This document shows positions 50,121 through 62,456 of a stretch of 64,000 nucleotides of DNA, piece after piece; positions within the stretch are counted from its first letter, which is position 1, and each line of letters opens with the position of its first letter. A program made the translations under genes and the position numbers. The DNA is taken from contig CM060733.1 in NCBI GenBank assembly GCA_030704615.1, positions 65,906,001-65,970,000 on the forward strand, read 5' to 3'. The DNA is from Takakia lepidozioides. Lineage: Eukaryota; Plantae; Bryophyta. Under the pieces are notes generated by a model. That model saw only the letters and a list, made by a program, of their open reading frames with translations, was not told the origin of the DNA and did no database searches.

Positions 50121-50744
50121 GCCGACATGGCGTTACTCTGGTATATTCTTGACACATGACTCACATACCGGTTACTCTGCTTTATTCAACCGGACAGACA
50201 AATTGTAGAAATGAGACATCAAATTGTAAACAGTGGGCCAAATCCGAGAGTTATTCAACACAATGAAACACAGTCATACAGAAGTGAGGTACATTCCAGG
50301 GCACACTCCAGGGCACATTTAAATTTCCCCCGTACAGGATCCTGGACCGATGAAGATTGGCTGCTGCATGAATGTAGCCGTTTCAGTTTCCTACCCTGCC
50401 ATGCAAACTATGGGCACTCACTGCCAGTTGGGCCGATAGCCACTGGACACGACGAAGTCCATCCCCTCTTCGATGTAAATGCGGCGCCGAATTTCCATCC
50501 GGGGGGATGGACTTCGGTGGCAGATCTCAAACTATAACTTGTTGATGAGAAAGATGTATGGCTTCATCCACCGCTGCCGTGATGAACACGTTCCACCTCC
50601 GTCGGTGGGTACGTGTGACCCAGATGCTCCATTTTGGAGGCCGGACTGCTCTTCCGCTTCGTATCTTTTCCAAAATCTAAGGGCTTCGTAGCTGTCCGCA
50701 AGGTCATCGGCATCCAAGTCGTCCTCAGGTCCTCCTTTGCAAGG

Positions 50745-51308
50745 ATGCCGTGCTTCCGGAACCGGGACGACTGCCCCTTTGGAGGCATCGATTATGCAAT
50801 GTATTCGGCCACATCGGGAGACATTGTTATCTGGTACACAGATTACAGAGAAGATACTGGTTCGATTGTGGAAACATTGGTGGCTTTTGAGTATATCGTA
50901 GGCCACTACGCCTTCGAGCGGGGTGACGATCTTGGTCTGAGGAGTCCGTGGCTCCTGCGCATCCTCGATTCCGATTTTCCCAGCTACGACGGTCACCCAT
51001 GCAGAAGAAGGCGCACTGCTATGCTGTTGCGGTGGAACTGCTGCCACTGGACGTGGGTGGACTCCATCGGAGAGACCTATTCTCCTCGAGGAGTGCGCTC
51101 CTCTTCTCCATTGTATGGGGACATTCGCATTGGTGTGGACGACGAAAACGTGAAGATTTCCATATTCGATGGTGGTATGATTGAAGGGCAGGACATTGTG
51201 GTGAACATCACTAGGGGCGGTACAACGGCTGCAATCGACTTTACATGGAGGAGCCCCATGACTCATGAGCTAGTTCTGAGAGCAGTCGAAGTCCCATTGA
51301 CAACGTGA
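50745..51308 (+). CDS. ORF-X1, family B2
   Basis: Intact frame closely similar to 19963-20526. Confidence 0.7.
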   Translation: MPCFRNRDDCPFGGIDYAMYSATSGDIVIWYTDYREDTGSIVETLVAFEYIVGHYAFERGDDLGLRSPWLLRILDSDFPSYDGHPCRRRRTAMLLRWNCCHWTWVDSIGETYSPRGVRSSSPLYGDIRIGVDDENVKISIFDGGMIEGQDIVVNITRGGTTAAIDFTWRSPMTHELVLRAVEVPLTT

Positions 51309-51779
51309 CTTGTATTCAGTAGGCACAGGGCTCAAGATTTGATGGCACAATCAGCACAGTAGACGTGCTTCAAATGCAATTCATGTGGATCAATAAAAAC
51401 CTCATTGTGCCCTCTTTTTATTATATTCTGTGTCCATCGTTCCGCGAATGCGTCATTGCTCATTTCGTTTGGGATTGGGAGTGTGGGTGGATTTTGCAAA
51501 TGGCTGGTAAGCTGAAATGGGCCCCCATTGTACAGAGCAGTACCACCCTACCATTCGCGAAACATTGCCTTTCAATATATAATTCTAAATAACATTGCCG
51601 AACCTCCTTCATCGGGAGGTCCTTCTCCCCCTATGACCGTGGCACCCTAAACCCTATTCCCGCGGACACTCATTTCCGGAAAATAGTGCTGCTCATGTTT
51701 TTTTCCACACTTACGACTCTGCTCATGGCTCATGCCGCTCATGGCTCATGGCTCATGAAATAGCAGCCCCCTCACAGTG

Positions 51780-52610
51780 GAGAATAGCAAGGACATTGCC
51801 GGCATTTCGAGGGAAGTGTTGCGCCATCCGGGTGGATACGAAAGCACGCTGTGGTGAGATGATTCGGAGGAACCCACACAGTGCTGTACCTGTACCTTGT
51901 TTCAGTGGCAGATTTTTGACTCCCACATTCTCTCACGCCACAACGTAGACATTTTGGTTCTGTAGGCACGACATAATGACTTGCTTATTTAGCAAGCCCA
52001 AGTACGGGATTCAGGGAATGTCAAAGCCTCCGGGCGTCTGGCCTGTTGCACCGGGTTGCAACCTCTCTCAGAATGAGCGGATGCTCTTTCTGCAGCAGGA
52101 TTTTGAATGGTGCAACGCACAGACATCCCGGCCCACTCGTTTCCAGTTCCTCAGACCCAGCCATTGCAGGCTGCTCCGTCCAGTAGAGACGGATTGGACA
52201 ATTCTGCACATCCCACAAGGCGATTCAGAAGAGTGAAGAGACGACACCCTCCCAACAAGTTGAATGAGACTCGGATTGTCAATGCTCTTGGGATGGCTTG
52301 CACTATTCAGAGCTCCGTGGACGTACCTCCACCCGGCCTTGGGCGTGTTTATCGGATGGCAACGGCCGGCTCAGCTGTACGCGACGACGTATACACAGTT
52401 ACGATTGGAGTGGAGCCGACTTGCAATTGTACGGACTTCTCGTTGATGGAAGCAAAGAAGGGGTCAAAGTATTATCCGTGCAAGCATCTGTATTCCATTT
52501 ACCTGAAGAGGTTGAGGATGAACTTGTCTATTGATGACTTTATTCATGCACCAGCGTTGAGCGTGAACGAGCTGCACAAACTCCTCCGCCGGGATTCCAG
52601 AAATCATTGA
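51780..52610 (+). pseudogene. MULE transposase, family C, 3' part with SWIM finger
   Basis: RIARTLPAFRGKC...; CNCTDF..CKHLYSIY; stop at 51946 and frameshift at ~52078. Confidence 0.88.
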
Positions 52611-52879
52611 TGGGGAAAAGGGAATCCACCATATGGATATTTGCAATTGCATTTTTATGCATTAGACTTTGTTTTGCAGTGTAATGAATTGCACCCCAAA
52701 ACTCCTGGAATGAGACAGACAATATTAAAGTGATGTCTTTTAAATACTAGGGACTGTTGGATATCCGTTCAGGTCCAGTGGCAATTCAATGTCGAAACAG
52801 AATCAATTCAAAGATGGCGGCAGGAAAAATTTGCAAATCTTCCAGAAAACTGAGTTCCAACAGTTGCAGTTGAGGGGGC

Positions 52880-53446
52880 CATTTCTGGAAAAATGGCGCC
52901 GAATTTCCCTTTTTTGGGCCGAAAACTGGCTAAGTCCCAACATTGTCTGGAGACGATGTCTGGAAAAATGGCGCCGAATTCCAGTTACATGGCCTAGAAC
53001 TGCCCAACATTTGTGCAATGCCCGGAACCATGTACCAAAATTCGGCGCCACATTTCCAAATTTTGGGCTTACACTTCAATGAAGTTGGGACCTATAACCG
53101 CGAAATTCGGCACCATTTTTCGCCGGAGTCACCTATTACCGCGCAATACGTCGCCGATTTTTCTGCTTGCGGAACCTATTACCGCAAAATTCGGCGCCAT
53201 TTTTGCAGATGTCGTTCGGAATTCGCATGAGCGAAAATTGAAATATCATGAGCACGGCTCTCAAAACTACAATTTCTACTTCAAACAATGAATATTATAT
53301 TGTTTTTTTGTTTGTTTTTTCTAACACATCCTATTAAAATAATGTTTTTAATGTTTTTTATTTGCGGAATTTGTACTTCTGCTCATGAAAACCGATTGTC
53401 TTACTACTCCGCTCATGCCGCTCATGCTCATGAAATAGCTAACCTC
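52880..53446. repeat. Subterminal GGCGCC-core imperfect palindromes and right terminus of family C
   Basis: GGAAAAATGGCGCCGAATT(T)CC x2 and AAATTCGGC(G/A)CCA(T)TTT x3; GCTCATG repeats then GAAATAGCTAACCTC. Confidence 0.8.
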
Positions 53447-53546
53447 CCCCCAACAATGTATAGGCTGCGCCTTGCTTTACAGCACCACCCACTGGCATTT
53501 CCCGAGCCACACCAACTCTCCCCACTGGTACTCGTGGGTCTACCTC

Positions 53547-54476
53547 TCACACACTTGGGCGAGTAGGTACCATCGATGACGTAGTTGGCACTGTCTCAGC
53601 CAATGTGAAAGATTGTGGAAGCCTTGTCTGTCGACTTGCTACCCCCCTTTGTGGATCAAAATCCACATCTGCTCCTCTTGGCTCAGAAGCACGCGTTGCT
53701 GCTCGAGTGATAGCTACAGTTGCAGAGTCCACATGCAATGGTCCTGCAAGTGCGGCTCCACACATGAAGCCCATACCAATCTGGTCTTCCTTAGGCATAG
53801 GAGGTTGTGCAGGTGGGGCTTGAACCTCAAGCCTTGGAGCTGGTGCAACATGAGTAGTGGCCATGGTAGCAAAACGTTGCTCTAGCTGGGCAAGCCTATC
53901 CACCATGCCTTGGTCATGATCTTGACCTTGACCTTGTGCTCCTTGGTTTTGGTTACGACCTCCACCGCGACCTCTGCCTCCTCTACCTCTCTGGACTACA
54001 TTGCTTCGTCCTCGGCCACCATTGTTCCCTTGGAATTGGCCTGGCCGTAGCTCAAGATGCAAGTCATAACAATGGGCCTCTTCATGCCCATACTTGCCAC
54101 AATGCCCATACTGTAGTTGTGTAGGTTGTGCCTGTGCCGGCCCTTTGCCTCTCTCCGGGCAATCTCTCTTAACATGGGGTCCTCCACAATCCCAACATGT
54201 CACACCCGACTGTTGTTGGCCTGAGAATGAAGGAAGTGACCTGTGCAATTGAGATCCTCTCTGTCTTTCCCTAGACTTCACCTGAGCCACCTTGTTGCCT
54301 TGAGCACGTTGGGGTAGTGGTTGTTGTTGGCTAGGAGTCCCACTTTGTTGTGTCTCCTTACCAAACCCCACCATGACCACTCGCTCCTCCACCTTATTGA
54401 GTTTTATCCGCTCTGCCAGCAAAAACACGTGTGCTAAGGTGGGTTGGTCCACTTGTAGGAGAGTTGCATCCCGCAC
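53547..54476 (-). pseudogene. LTR-retrotransposon gag fragment with two Zn knuckles
   Basis: CWDCGGPHVKRDC and (Y)GHCGKYGHEEAHC followed by an RGG-rich tract; trapped between two MULE termini. Confidence 0.6.
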
Positions 54477-54478
54477 CC

Positions 54479-55847
54479 GGGGGCTGCTATTTCATGAGCC
54501 ATGAGCCATGAGCGGCATGAGCCATGAGCAGAGTCGTAAGTGTCGAAAAAAACATGAGCAGGACTATTTTCCGGAAATGAGTGTCCGCGGGAATAGGGTT
54601 TAGGGTGTCACGGTCATAGGGGGAGAAAGACCTCCCGATGAAGGAGGTTCGGCAATGTTTTTTAGAATTACATATTGAAAGGCAATGTTTCACGAATGGT
54701 AGGGTGGTAGTGCTATGTACAATGGGGGCCCATTTCAGCCTACCAGCCACTTGCAAAATCCACCCACACTCCCAATCCCAAACGAAATGAGGAATGATGC
54801 ATTCTGGGAACGATGGATACAGAATAGAACAAAAAGAGGGCACAATGGGGTTTTTATTGATCCACATAAATTGCATTTGAAACACGTCTACTATGCTGAT
54901 TGTGCAAACAAATCTTTAGCCCTGTGCCTTCTGAATACAAGTCACGTTGTCAATGGGACTTCGACTGCTTTGAAAACTAGCTCATGAGTCATCGGGCTCC
55001 TCCAGGTAAACTGGATTGCAGCCGTTGTACCGCCCCTGTTGATGTTCACCACAATGTCGTGCCCTTCAATCATACCACCATTGAATATGGAAAGCTTCAC
55101 GTTTTCATCGTCCACACCAATGCGAATGTCCCCATACAATGGAGAAGAGGAGCGCACTCCTTCAGGAGTATACGTCTCTCCGATGGAGTCCACCCACGTC
55201 CACTGGCAGCAGTTCCACCGCAAACAGCATAGCAGTGCGCATTCTTCTGCATGGGTGCCCGTCGTAGCTGGGAAAATCGGAATCAAGGATGCGCAGGAGC
55301 CACGGACTCCTCAAACCAAGATCGTCACCCCGCTCGAAGGCGTAGTGGCCTGGGATATACTCAAAAGCGGACAATGTTTCCACATTCGAACCAGTATCTT
55401 CTGTGTAAACTGTGTACTAGATAACGATGTCTCCCGATGTGGCCGAATACATTGCATAATCAAAGCCTCCATAAGGGCAGTCGTCCCGGTTTCGGAAGCA
55501 CGACATCCTTGCAAAGGAGGACTTGAGTGCCGATGACAATGACCTTGCGGACAACAACGAAGCCCTTAGATTTTCGAAATGATGAGAAGCAGAAGAGCAG
55601 TGCGGGCTCCAATAATGGAGCATCTGGGTCCCACGTACCCACCAATCATCGTGTAACGTGTTCATCACGCCAGCGGTGGATGAACCGATACCTCTTTATC
55701 ATCCACGGGGTATAGTTTGAAATCTGCCACCGAAGTCCATCCCCCGGATGGAAATTCGGCGTCGCATTTACATCGAAGGGGGGATGGACTTCGTCGTCTC
55801 GAGTGGCTATAGGCCCACCTGGCACTTACTGCCCATAGTTTGCATGG
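54479..55847 (-). mobile_element. Family B element copy 3 (terminal 1.37-kb fragment)
   Basis: Near-identical to 19521-20878; starts GGGGGCTGCTATTTCATGAGC. Confidence 0.9.
54942..55506 (-). pseudogene. ORF-X1 pseudogene (B3)
   Basis: Stop at ~55417 and a +1 frameshift at ~55223 relative to 19963-20526. Confidence 0.8.
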
Positions 55848-57173
55848 TATTCGGCGGTGACGTTTCCGAAGAGGCCAAAGCTAGAACCCCCAACCATCAT
55901 CCAATGTGTCAATGAGAGCTTCCTTGACGCTTTGGCTGCCAGGGCGAAGAAGGTGGCACACATCAAGTCTGTGGAGGAGCAGAGAAGGGGAAAGCCAAGA
56001 AGAGGGCTCCCAGTACAGAGCCTAAAGACACCCCTGGTTTCGAATCCATGATGGAATTCTTCACGGCTATGAGCACGGATTGCAAGAGCACTCGGGGTGG
56101 GTTTGAGGTGGAGAGAGCCTGCGATATGATTCTCCTCGATATTCCAGATGGGGAGCTGCTAGAGGGCCTGGATGGTGTGCCCACCTGGAACAGGTTTATT
56201 GAGGACTACTGGAGAGCCGGGTTTGGGCTGGCGGGGATGCTCCTGGATGACGGTGGATGTATGGTGGTCCTTGCCACAAGAGGGAAGACCACAGACAATG
56301 CTGTGGCAAGGTGGACACCGAAAAGTGTCACCCCGGTCCTCCTCAAAAAATGGTTTTGCATCAATACGCAGGGGTTGCGAACAGAGGGCCAGAGTGTAAG
56401 TTATCAATCTATTGCATTCACTTCATATTGTGGTGTATCTGAACTAGACCCTGGAGTTGATCCCTCTTTTGTTGGATGTGCAGACATTGGTGTTTGAGGC
56501 ATATTGTTTTGTGAAGAGAGGGTCTACGTTCAAATTCCGCAACGACGGTCATCTTGTTGATGCCGCTGTGGACCCTGTTACCTACGATGTCCTCTACAAC
56601 TATGTGCCCCACTCCAGTATGCTGAAGGACACAAAGACAGGCAAACTGTGGTGGTACAGCCGGACCCCGAGCCCTGCTTTCATCCAAACCCTCATGGAGA
56701 CGTGCTCGGATGTCCAAGGGCGGATTCTTGACCTCACATGCGGCACTGGTAAGCCTTCACGTGCACAGTTTGTCCCCTGGCCCGATTGCAATTGCATGCC
56801 GCATGCTACTAACCGCCCGATTTGTCCCTCAGGTGCCTCAATGTGAGCAGGGACATTGTCCGACATGCATGTCTTCGCCTTCGAGCCAGATACTGCCCTC
56901 CACAACTCCGAACTTGCAGCGGCTGAACGTCTGCCGAAAGAGGAAGAGGCATCCTCGGAGGATGAGGAAGAATCCGACAAGGAGCAGGGGGAGGTACAAG
57001 TTGGGATCGAGGCCAAGGAGCCCCCGGTTTACGAGTGAGTGGTCGCATTGTAAGTTGCCTCCTGATTTCGTGAGGCACCTCCCTTCGCTCTCTTATTTCA
57101 TTGAAAGACCCTTTTTTGCTTCTGCTGGTATTGACATTCTTAAAGTGGATTTGTTCTTACTGCAGGAGGGACG
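55848..57173 (+). pseudogene. MTase-fold half of a third ParB-MTase paralog (probably family C)
   Basis: DMILLDIPDG, RTPSPAFIQTLMETCSDVQGRILDLTCGTG, HVFAFEPD; interrupted by A2 just after a CTGCAG acceptor. Confidence 0.8.
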
Positions 57174-57865
57174 GAGGTTTACTATTTCATGAGCGCATGA
57201 GCCCATGAGCCCATGAGCCTATGAGCTCATGAGCGGACATCCGCGGAATTGGAATTTTCCTGCCTTTATTGACGGTGTTATGTCCTCTTACCTCGGTAAT
57301 AGGGTCTGTTTCTCCTGGTCCAGGATGCGGAATGAGGTATTTCGGCGCCATTATTCCCAAGAGCAGTGTGCTAAAATGGTGTTTTGAAGACATCCACCGG
57401 GGTATTTCGGCACCGAAATTACCTCTTAAAATGTGATATAGTGCGGTATTTAATGGCGCAGAACAGGCTATTTGGGCGCCGAAATACCCAAGTGGAATGT
57501 GCTGAAGTGCCTTGTGCTGAAGGCTTCCATCGCGATATTTTGGTACAGTAATTCATCCGTGGAATTTTTGAGGCCCATATAACGAAGGCGCGCATTGGGC
57601 TATTTCGGCGCCAAATTTCCCAATAGGAATGTTAGAAACGGCAGGGTTTTCATGGCTTCAAGTTCTCGGCTCGATGGTGTGCATAAATTACTTGTAGGGT
57701 TCTTCAATGAAGTTTGCGTCTCTTCTGCTTTTATTATACATTTTGGTTGGCGGAAGAAATGTAGGGAATCGGACAAGCAGTCTGAACACAATGATTTTTC
57801 AAATCGTCAATATTTTCATTAAGTGTTTCAGAACTGTACAACAAAAGGATCCAAATGAGACTTTG

Positions 57866-58360
57866 CTATGGTGAGGATCCGCTATCACTGTCCGATGCAT
57901 CCCCGGCCTCATGCAAGGATGGCTGCCTTCCACCTGCCTCCGAACCTGCACTGCCGCTACCGCTGTTACTCTGAGAAGCCCTCCCCTCAAAAATACCATC
58001 CTCACCAGCCGGAACTGTCCACCTGGATGCGGAAGTGTCCTCAACATTCCCCTCGCTCTCGGACGCGGATTCTATTACAAACTTCCCTACTCTGCCTTTC
58101 ACAATTCTATGTTTGGCCTCACGCCTCATTATAATTCTCTGCTCATTCCCGTATGTCAATTGCTCTAACCGAGTAGGCCTATCCTCCCTGCTGATGGCTT
58201 CTCTGGCAGCCGTGTCTGCATAGGCTGGTAGAAAAAAAGGCTTTTGGGGACTCGCGAGAAACGATTTTCTGGCAAAGAATGGCCGATGCGATTCTGTCTC
58301 TTCCTCTGCAACAGGGTCCGATTCGGGCAAGTCTCGCAGCTTCTCCTCGTCGGACGACTC
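57866..58360 (-). CDS. Acidic terminal exon/ORF, family A2
   Basis: Homolog of 7847-8328; frame open. Confidence 0.6.
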   Translation of the reverse strand, partial: ESSDEEKLRDLPESDPVAEEETESHRPFFARKSFLASPQKPFFLPAYADTAAREAISREDRPTRLEQLTYGNEQRIIMRREAKHRIVKGRVGKFVIESASESEGNVEDTSASRWTVPAGEDGIFEGRASQSNSGSGSAGSEAGGRQPSLHEAGDASDSDSGSSP

Positions 58361-58479
58361 TGCAAGGGTGAGTGTACGCACAAACATAGAATGAAGTACA
58401 TTAGAGAATTCAAACAGGGAATCATCGGCAGGTTGCATGGTCCCTACAACCGAAACCAATACACTTACTATGGTGCAAC

Positions 58480-59760
58480 TCACTCGAAGACAGGCATTGG
58501 GGGAAGCGGCTTCGGGCGCCCCTGCATCGAACGAATTTCCTGGACTTCCTCCTCTTCATCTTCCTCCTCCCCTTCCACGTCATCTTCTGCGTTTTTGGGA
58601 TCCTCAGTCGGAGGCAAACGCTGAAGGCCCGCCAAATTGTAATCGTACAAGGCCGTATCCCCCTCAAATGAGAACACAAATCGGTTCGACATCCTTCCCG
58701 CCCACATACAGGCACCTACAAATTCATACGACACAACCACAACCAAACTCAAGAATGAGTCGCTTCCTCGCACAAGCAAACATACACAAACGGAAATGGT
58801 GTCAATTTTGGTGCCGCATTCAATTAACGTTCTCACCTGTATTTGCAGTGATGTCGAGGACCCTGCCTTCAACATCCGTACATGTTTCCATGAGCGTCTG
58901 GGATGAATGCAGGACTCCTGGTCCTGCCATACCTCCATGGCTTGCCCGACAAATCACAAAGAATGTCCTTCTCTCCCACATGGTTGAACAAGACGTTATA
59001 CTCCAGTGGATCAACTATGGAATCAACAAGTCTTCCTGTTTCACGTAATTTGAATTTCTAATGTTTCTTCACGAAGCAAAATGCCTGAAAGATAAGAGTC
59101 TGCAGAGAAGGAAATGTCCTAGAGGTTTTGCTCCTCCGCAAGCTCCAGCAGGTTCTGATCGTCGCCAAGTCGTACCACGTTGTCGTCCTCTCCTTCTGTC
59201 AGCTCAATGGGCCGCCCTTCTGCAGATCCAACTCCCACATCTCCAGCGGCCTCCACCGCATCCGTGTTTTTTGAAATTGACTGCAAACCCAATATCTCTG
59301 CTTCCAGTCTCCCTAGGGGTTTTACTGGCGAAGCCATGGGCTCCTTCTGCTTCCTCGACTTCCGAACTCTAGGTGGGCTTTTCTGAGGCGATATCTGAGG
59401 TGTTGAATGAGGACTCGCCTGCCTCGATGCACTTCCACCTTGCGAGCGCAGCACCCGGGCAGGAGTATCCAAAGTTGACTGTGTTGCTTCGCCCCCCTGC
59501 GATCCCTCCCCAGCTCCCATGTCAAACAAACAGGAAAACATGAGACACTGCACGCAAAAAAAAAGGTGTAAAAGGAATATTGCGTATGGAGTGCTTCACA
59601 TCCGCAAAGCACGAATCTCTCACTGGTGGGCGATCCGAGTCTCCGGATAACGAGGTCTACATTTCATGCATGAGACGGAGCTTAAGTCGTGTCGTCGGCG
59701 GCTTCCCAAAATCCCGCGTCCTCCTTCTCTTTGCCGGAGTCACCTGACCTTCCACAAACT
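58480..59760 (-). pseudogene. ParB-MTase gene A2 with ~3.2-kb internal deletion
   Basis: N-terminal exons (59120-59760) joined to the last MTase exons (58480-59105; GRVLDITANTG). Confidence 0.8.
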
Positions 59761-60882
59761 CTATGCTACCACTATGCCGCATAAGGAGAGGAAACGCAGG
59801 AGAATGTCACTGCAGAAGGGCAAGGAGCGAGAGAGCGAAGCGGTGGAACATGCAACCACTCTACACGAGCAGATGTGTAAGCAGCCACGTCTCCCGAAGC
59901 GTTGCCACCGTCCACCACTTTCTGCCGTATGGGTGATGAAGAGATTGTGACCCCTGACACGTTCGCACGGATGAAGTCGACTGGAACACGACGCGTGCCA
60001 GTTCCAGCCACCAGTACAAGATGGTTTATCCGAATTGCGGCACCGAAATACCTTCCGTTCACCGGATGCTGTTCCCGGAGCAGCCGACATTGAATGAAAT
60101 ATCCGCACATCATGAAACCCAACCGCCATGAAAATCCCCTGCCTATGACATTCAACAGTCAGGTCGGTACGTTTCATCAGCGGACGGATGAATTTCGGCG
60201 CCGAAATTCATCCTATTCAAGTGCTTTCGTACACAAACTTACAAATTTCGGCGCCGCAATTCATCGCTTCCCAAGTCCTCATTCGTCATGAGCAAACCTG
60301 TCAGTGGGATATCGGAGCCGGAATTAATTCCGGAACAGTGGAAACGGCTGCACTTGGGCACATTTCATCCATATTTCGGCGCCGAAATTCATTACGAATA
60401 TCTCCGTCCACGCGTAGACGAGGTGAAATCATCCATATTTCGGCGCCGAAATTCATCCAGAGCGAAGACTAAATCGGCACCATGCTATGCTTTGCCGCCA
60501 TCATTGCCCCTGACGGATGCTGTCCATGCCTGTTGGACTTGCCATTTCTGGACATTTAACTATAATTTCGGCGCCGAAATTATACTTTATGTGCGGCAAC
60601 GTCCCGTGCGAAAAAGACCACTTAATGGATACTGTCGGTTTCAAATGAAAAAAACGGCTAAAATACAATTAATTTTGACAGAATGGGTTCAATATGCCGA
60701 TTTCTCCATTAAATGCAGAATATTCCTGTTATCTTCGTCGGAACGGGGTATTTCCAACGATTTACGGAAAATTATATCATCTAGAAGCAAATAGTAAGTG
60801 TCGGGTTTGGACGAATTTCGGCGCCGAAATTCATCCGTCGCATAGAAAATGTAATATTAGAGTTACTCATTGCGGACAGTAA

Positions 60883-61220
60883 GGATGAATTTCGGCGCCG
60901 AAATTCATTGCTCGCGAAGAAAAATAAATAAAATCGGGAGGACTTCGGATGAATTTCGGCGCCGAAATTCATTGCTCACGAAGAAAAAAAATAAAATCGG
61001 AAGGACTTCGGATGAATTTCGGCGCCGAAATTCATTGCTCCCGAAGAAAAAAAATAAAATCGGGAGGACTTCGGATGAATTTCGGCGCCGAAATTCATTG
61101 CTCCCGAAGAAAAAAAAAATTCGGGAGGACTTCGGATGAATTTCGGCGCCGAAATTCATTGCTCGCGAAGAAAAAGGAAAATTAGAAGGGAGGACTTGGA
61201 TGAGATTCGGCGCCGAAGTT
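60883..61220. repeat. Tandem ~62-bp units, each holding a perfect GAATTTCGGCGCCGAAATTC palindrome
   Basis: Five near-identical ggatgaatttcggcgccgaaattcattgctc-cgaagaaaaaa...ggaggacttc units plus one degenerate unit. Confidence 0.92.
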
Positions 61221-61974
61221 CATCTGTAGCAAAGAGAAAAAAAAAAAAAAAAAAAAGACTTCAGATTAATTTCGGCACCGAAATCCATCCGCAGGGCAGC
61301 AGAATTAGGGTCGGAAAAGGAGATGAAGAATGAATTTCGGCGCCGAAATACATCCATTCTGCCGATTCAGGATTACTGTCATTCGGATGTCGGCAGCGAT
61401 ATCCGGACACGTGGTGAATCACGACTGTAATCAGGAACACATTTATCTGTATTTTGGCATCCAAATTCAACCCTCATGTGCAGAAACAATTTGATGAAGA
61501 AGATGTTCATCCGAATTTCGGCACCGAAATCCATCCGTTGGATGCTTGGTCAGTTTCATGAGGTGAACAAATTACTATTTCTGTCGCCGGAATTCATCCC
61601 CTGGCTTCCAAAGTTGTTACGTGACAGAGATGTTCATCCAGATTTCGGTGCCGAAATTCATGGGAAGGCCTGATTTATTGTAGCCCAAGTGGTTGTACAT
61701 TACAATTCAGGCACCAAATATCCGATGTGAACTTGCTGTTGTCGTCCGTTTTTGTAACGTACGTTACATACCTTCATCTTTACGTGCACTGATCACCCAT
61801 CCTGTTGGATACGGAATCCTCCAGAAAATCATTTGTGTTATTAGGTAGGACACACTCTTCTCACTGCAGGACTTCGCTGCGGAGCGTACCGAGAGGTCCC
61901 GTCTTCAACATGGACTCCCGTGTTTGGGTAAACGTGTACTTCCATGCTGATTCTCTTAAAGCTAAAATACGTTC

Positions 61975-62456
61975 CACGAAATCCAATTCCCAGTCGTCAT
62001 CCTCCTCCCACGAGAAGCTCTTCGCCCCGCATACTGGTGGGTGACCCCGCAGCTTGGCCCACCCATCGGTGGGGGAAACTGAAAAGACGGCGGCCACCAA
62101 CAAAGGCGAACGACACCAGGATGGCCAACGCTCTTGCAATGCCCTGCATAGTGCAAGGTTGCAGGGATGTTCCTCACCCCGGGATGGGGCGCATATTTCA
62201 GTTGTCAACAGCCGGGTCTGCTGCGCGCAGTGTCGTGTATACAATCACAGTTTCACAGTACCCAGCTTGCAACTGTGAGGACTTCCTTGTTATGGAATCA
62301 AAGAATGCAGCATACGTCCCCTGCAAACACCTTTATTACATTTTTCTGAAGCGCATGAGTTGCATATCCGCAGTGGACGTCTTCATCCATACTCCAACAC
62401 TGAGTTTCAACGACCTGCACAAGGCCCTACGGCAGGACACTGGTCGGACTGCTTGA
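61975..62456 (+). pseudogene. Transposase C-terminal SWIM fragment, family A
   Basis: PTHRWGKLKRRRPP...STAGSAAR..YTITVSQYPACNCEDF..PCKHLYYIFLKR, homologous to the B and C C-termini. Confidence 0.85.

Larger units (their letters stand above)
37032..51771. mobile_element. Family B element copy 2, structurally complete 14,740-bp Mutator-like transposon
   Basis: Termini GAGGTTTACTATTTCATGAGC and (rc) GGGGGCTGCTATTTCATGAGC with CATGAGC repeats. 8-bp TSD TCACAGTG at 37024-37031 and 51772-51779; removing the element restores the ESQWRIART frame of the host transposase. Confidence 0.93.
30377..53446 (+). mobile_element. Family C element (left part lost; interrupted by B2 at 37032-51771)
   Basis: Divergent ParB gene and transposase with C-type palindromes; right terminus GCTCATGAAATAGCTAACCTC ends at 53446. 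Confidence 0.8.

Noticed and set aside
19521-53446. One 34-kb element bounded by the inward-facing termini at 19521 and 53446
   Set aside because: Flanks differ (CTCCATCC vs CCCCCAAC), and the left part is family B while the right is family C, joined by a deletion at ~27205.
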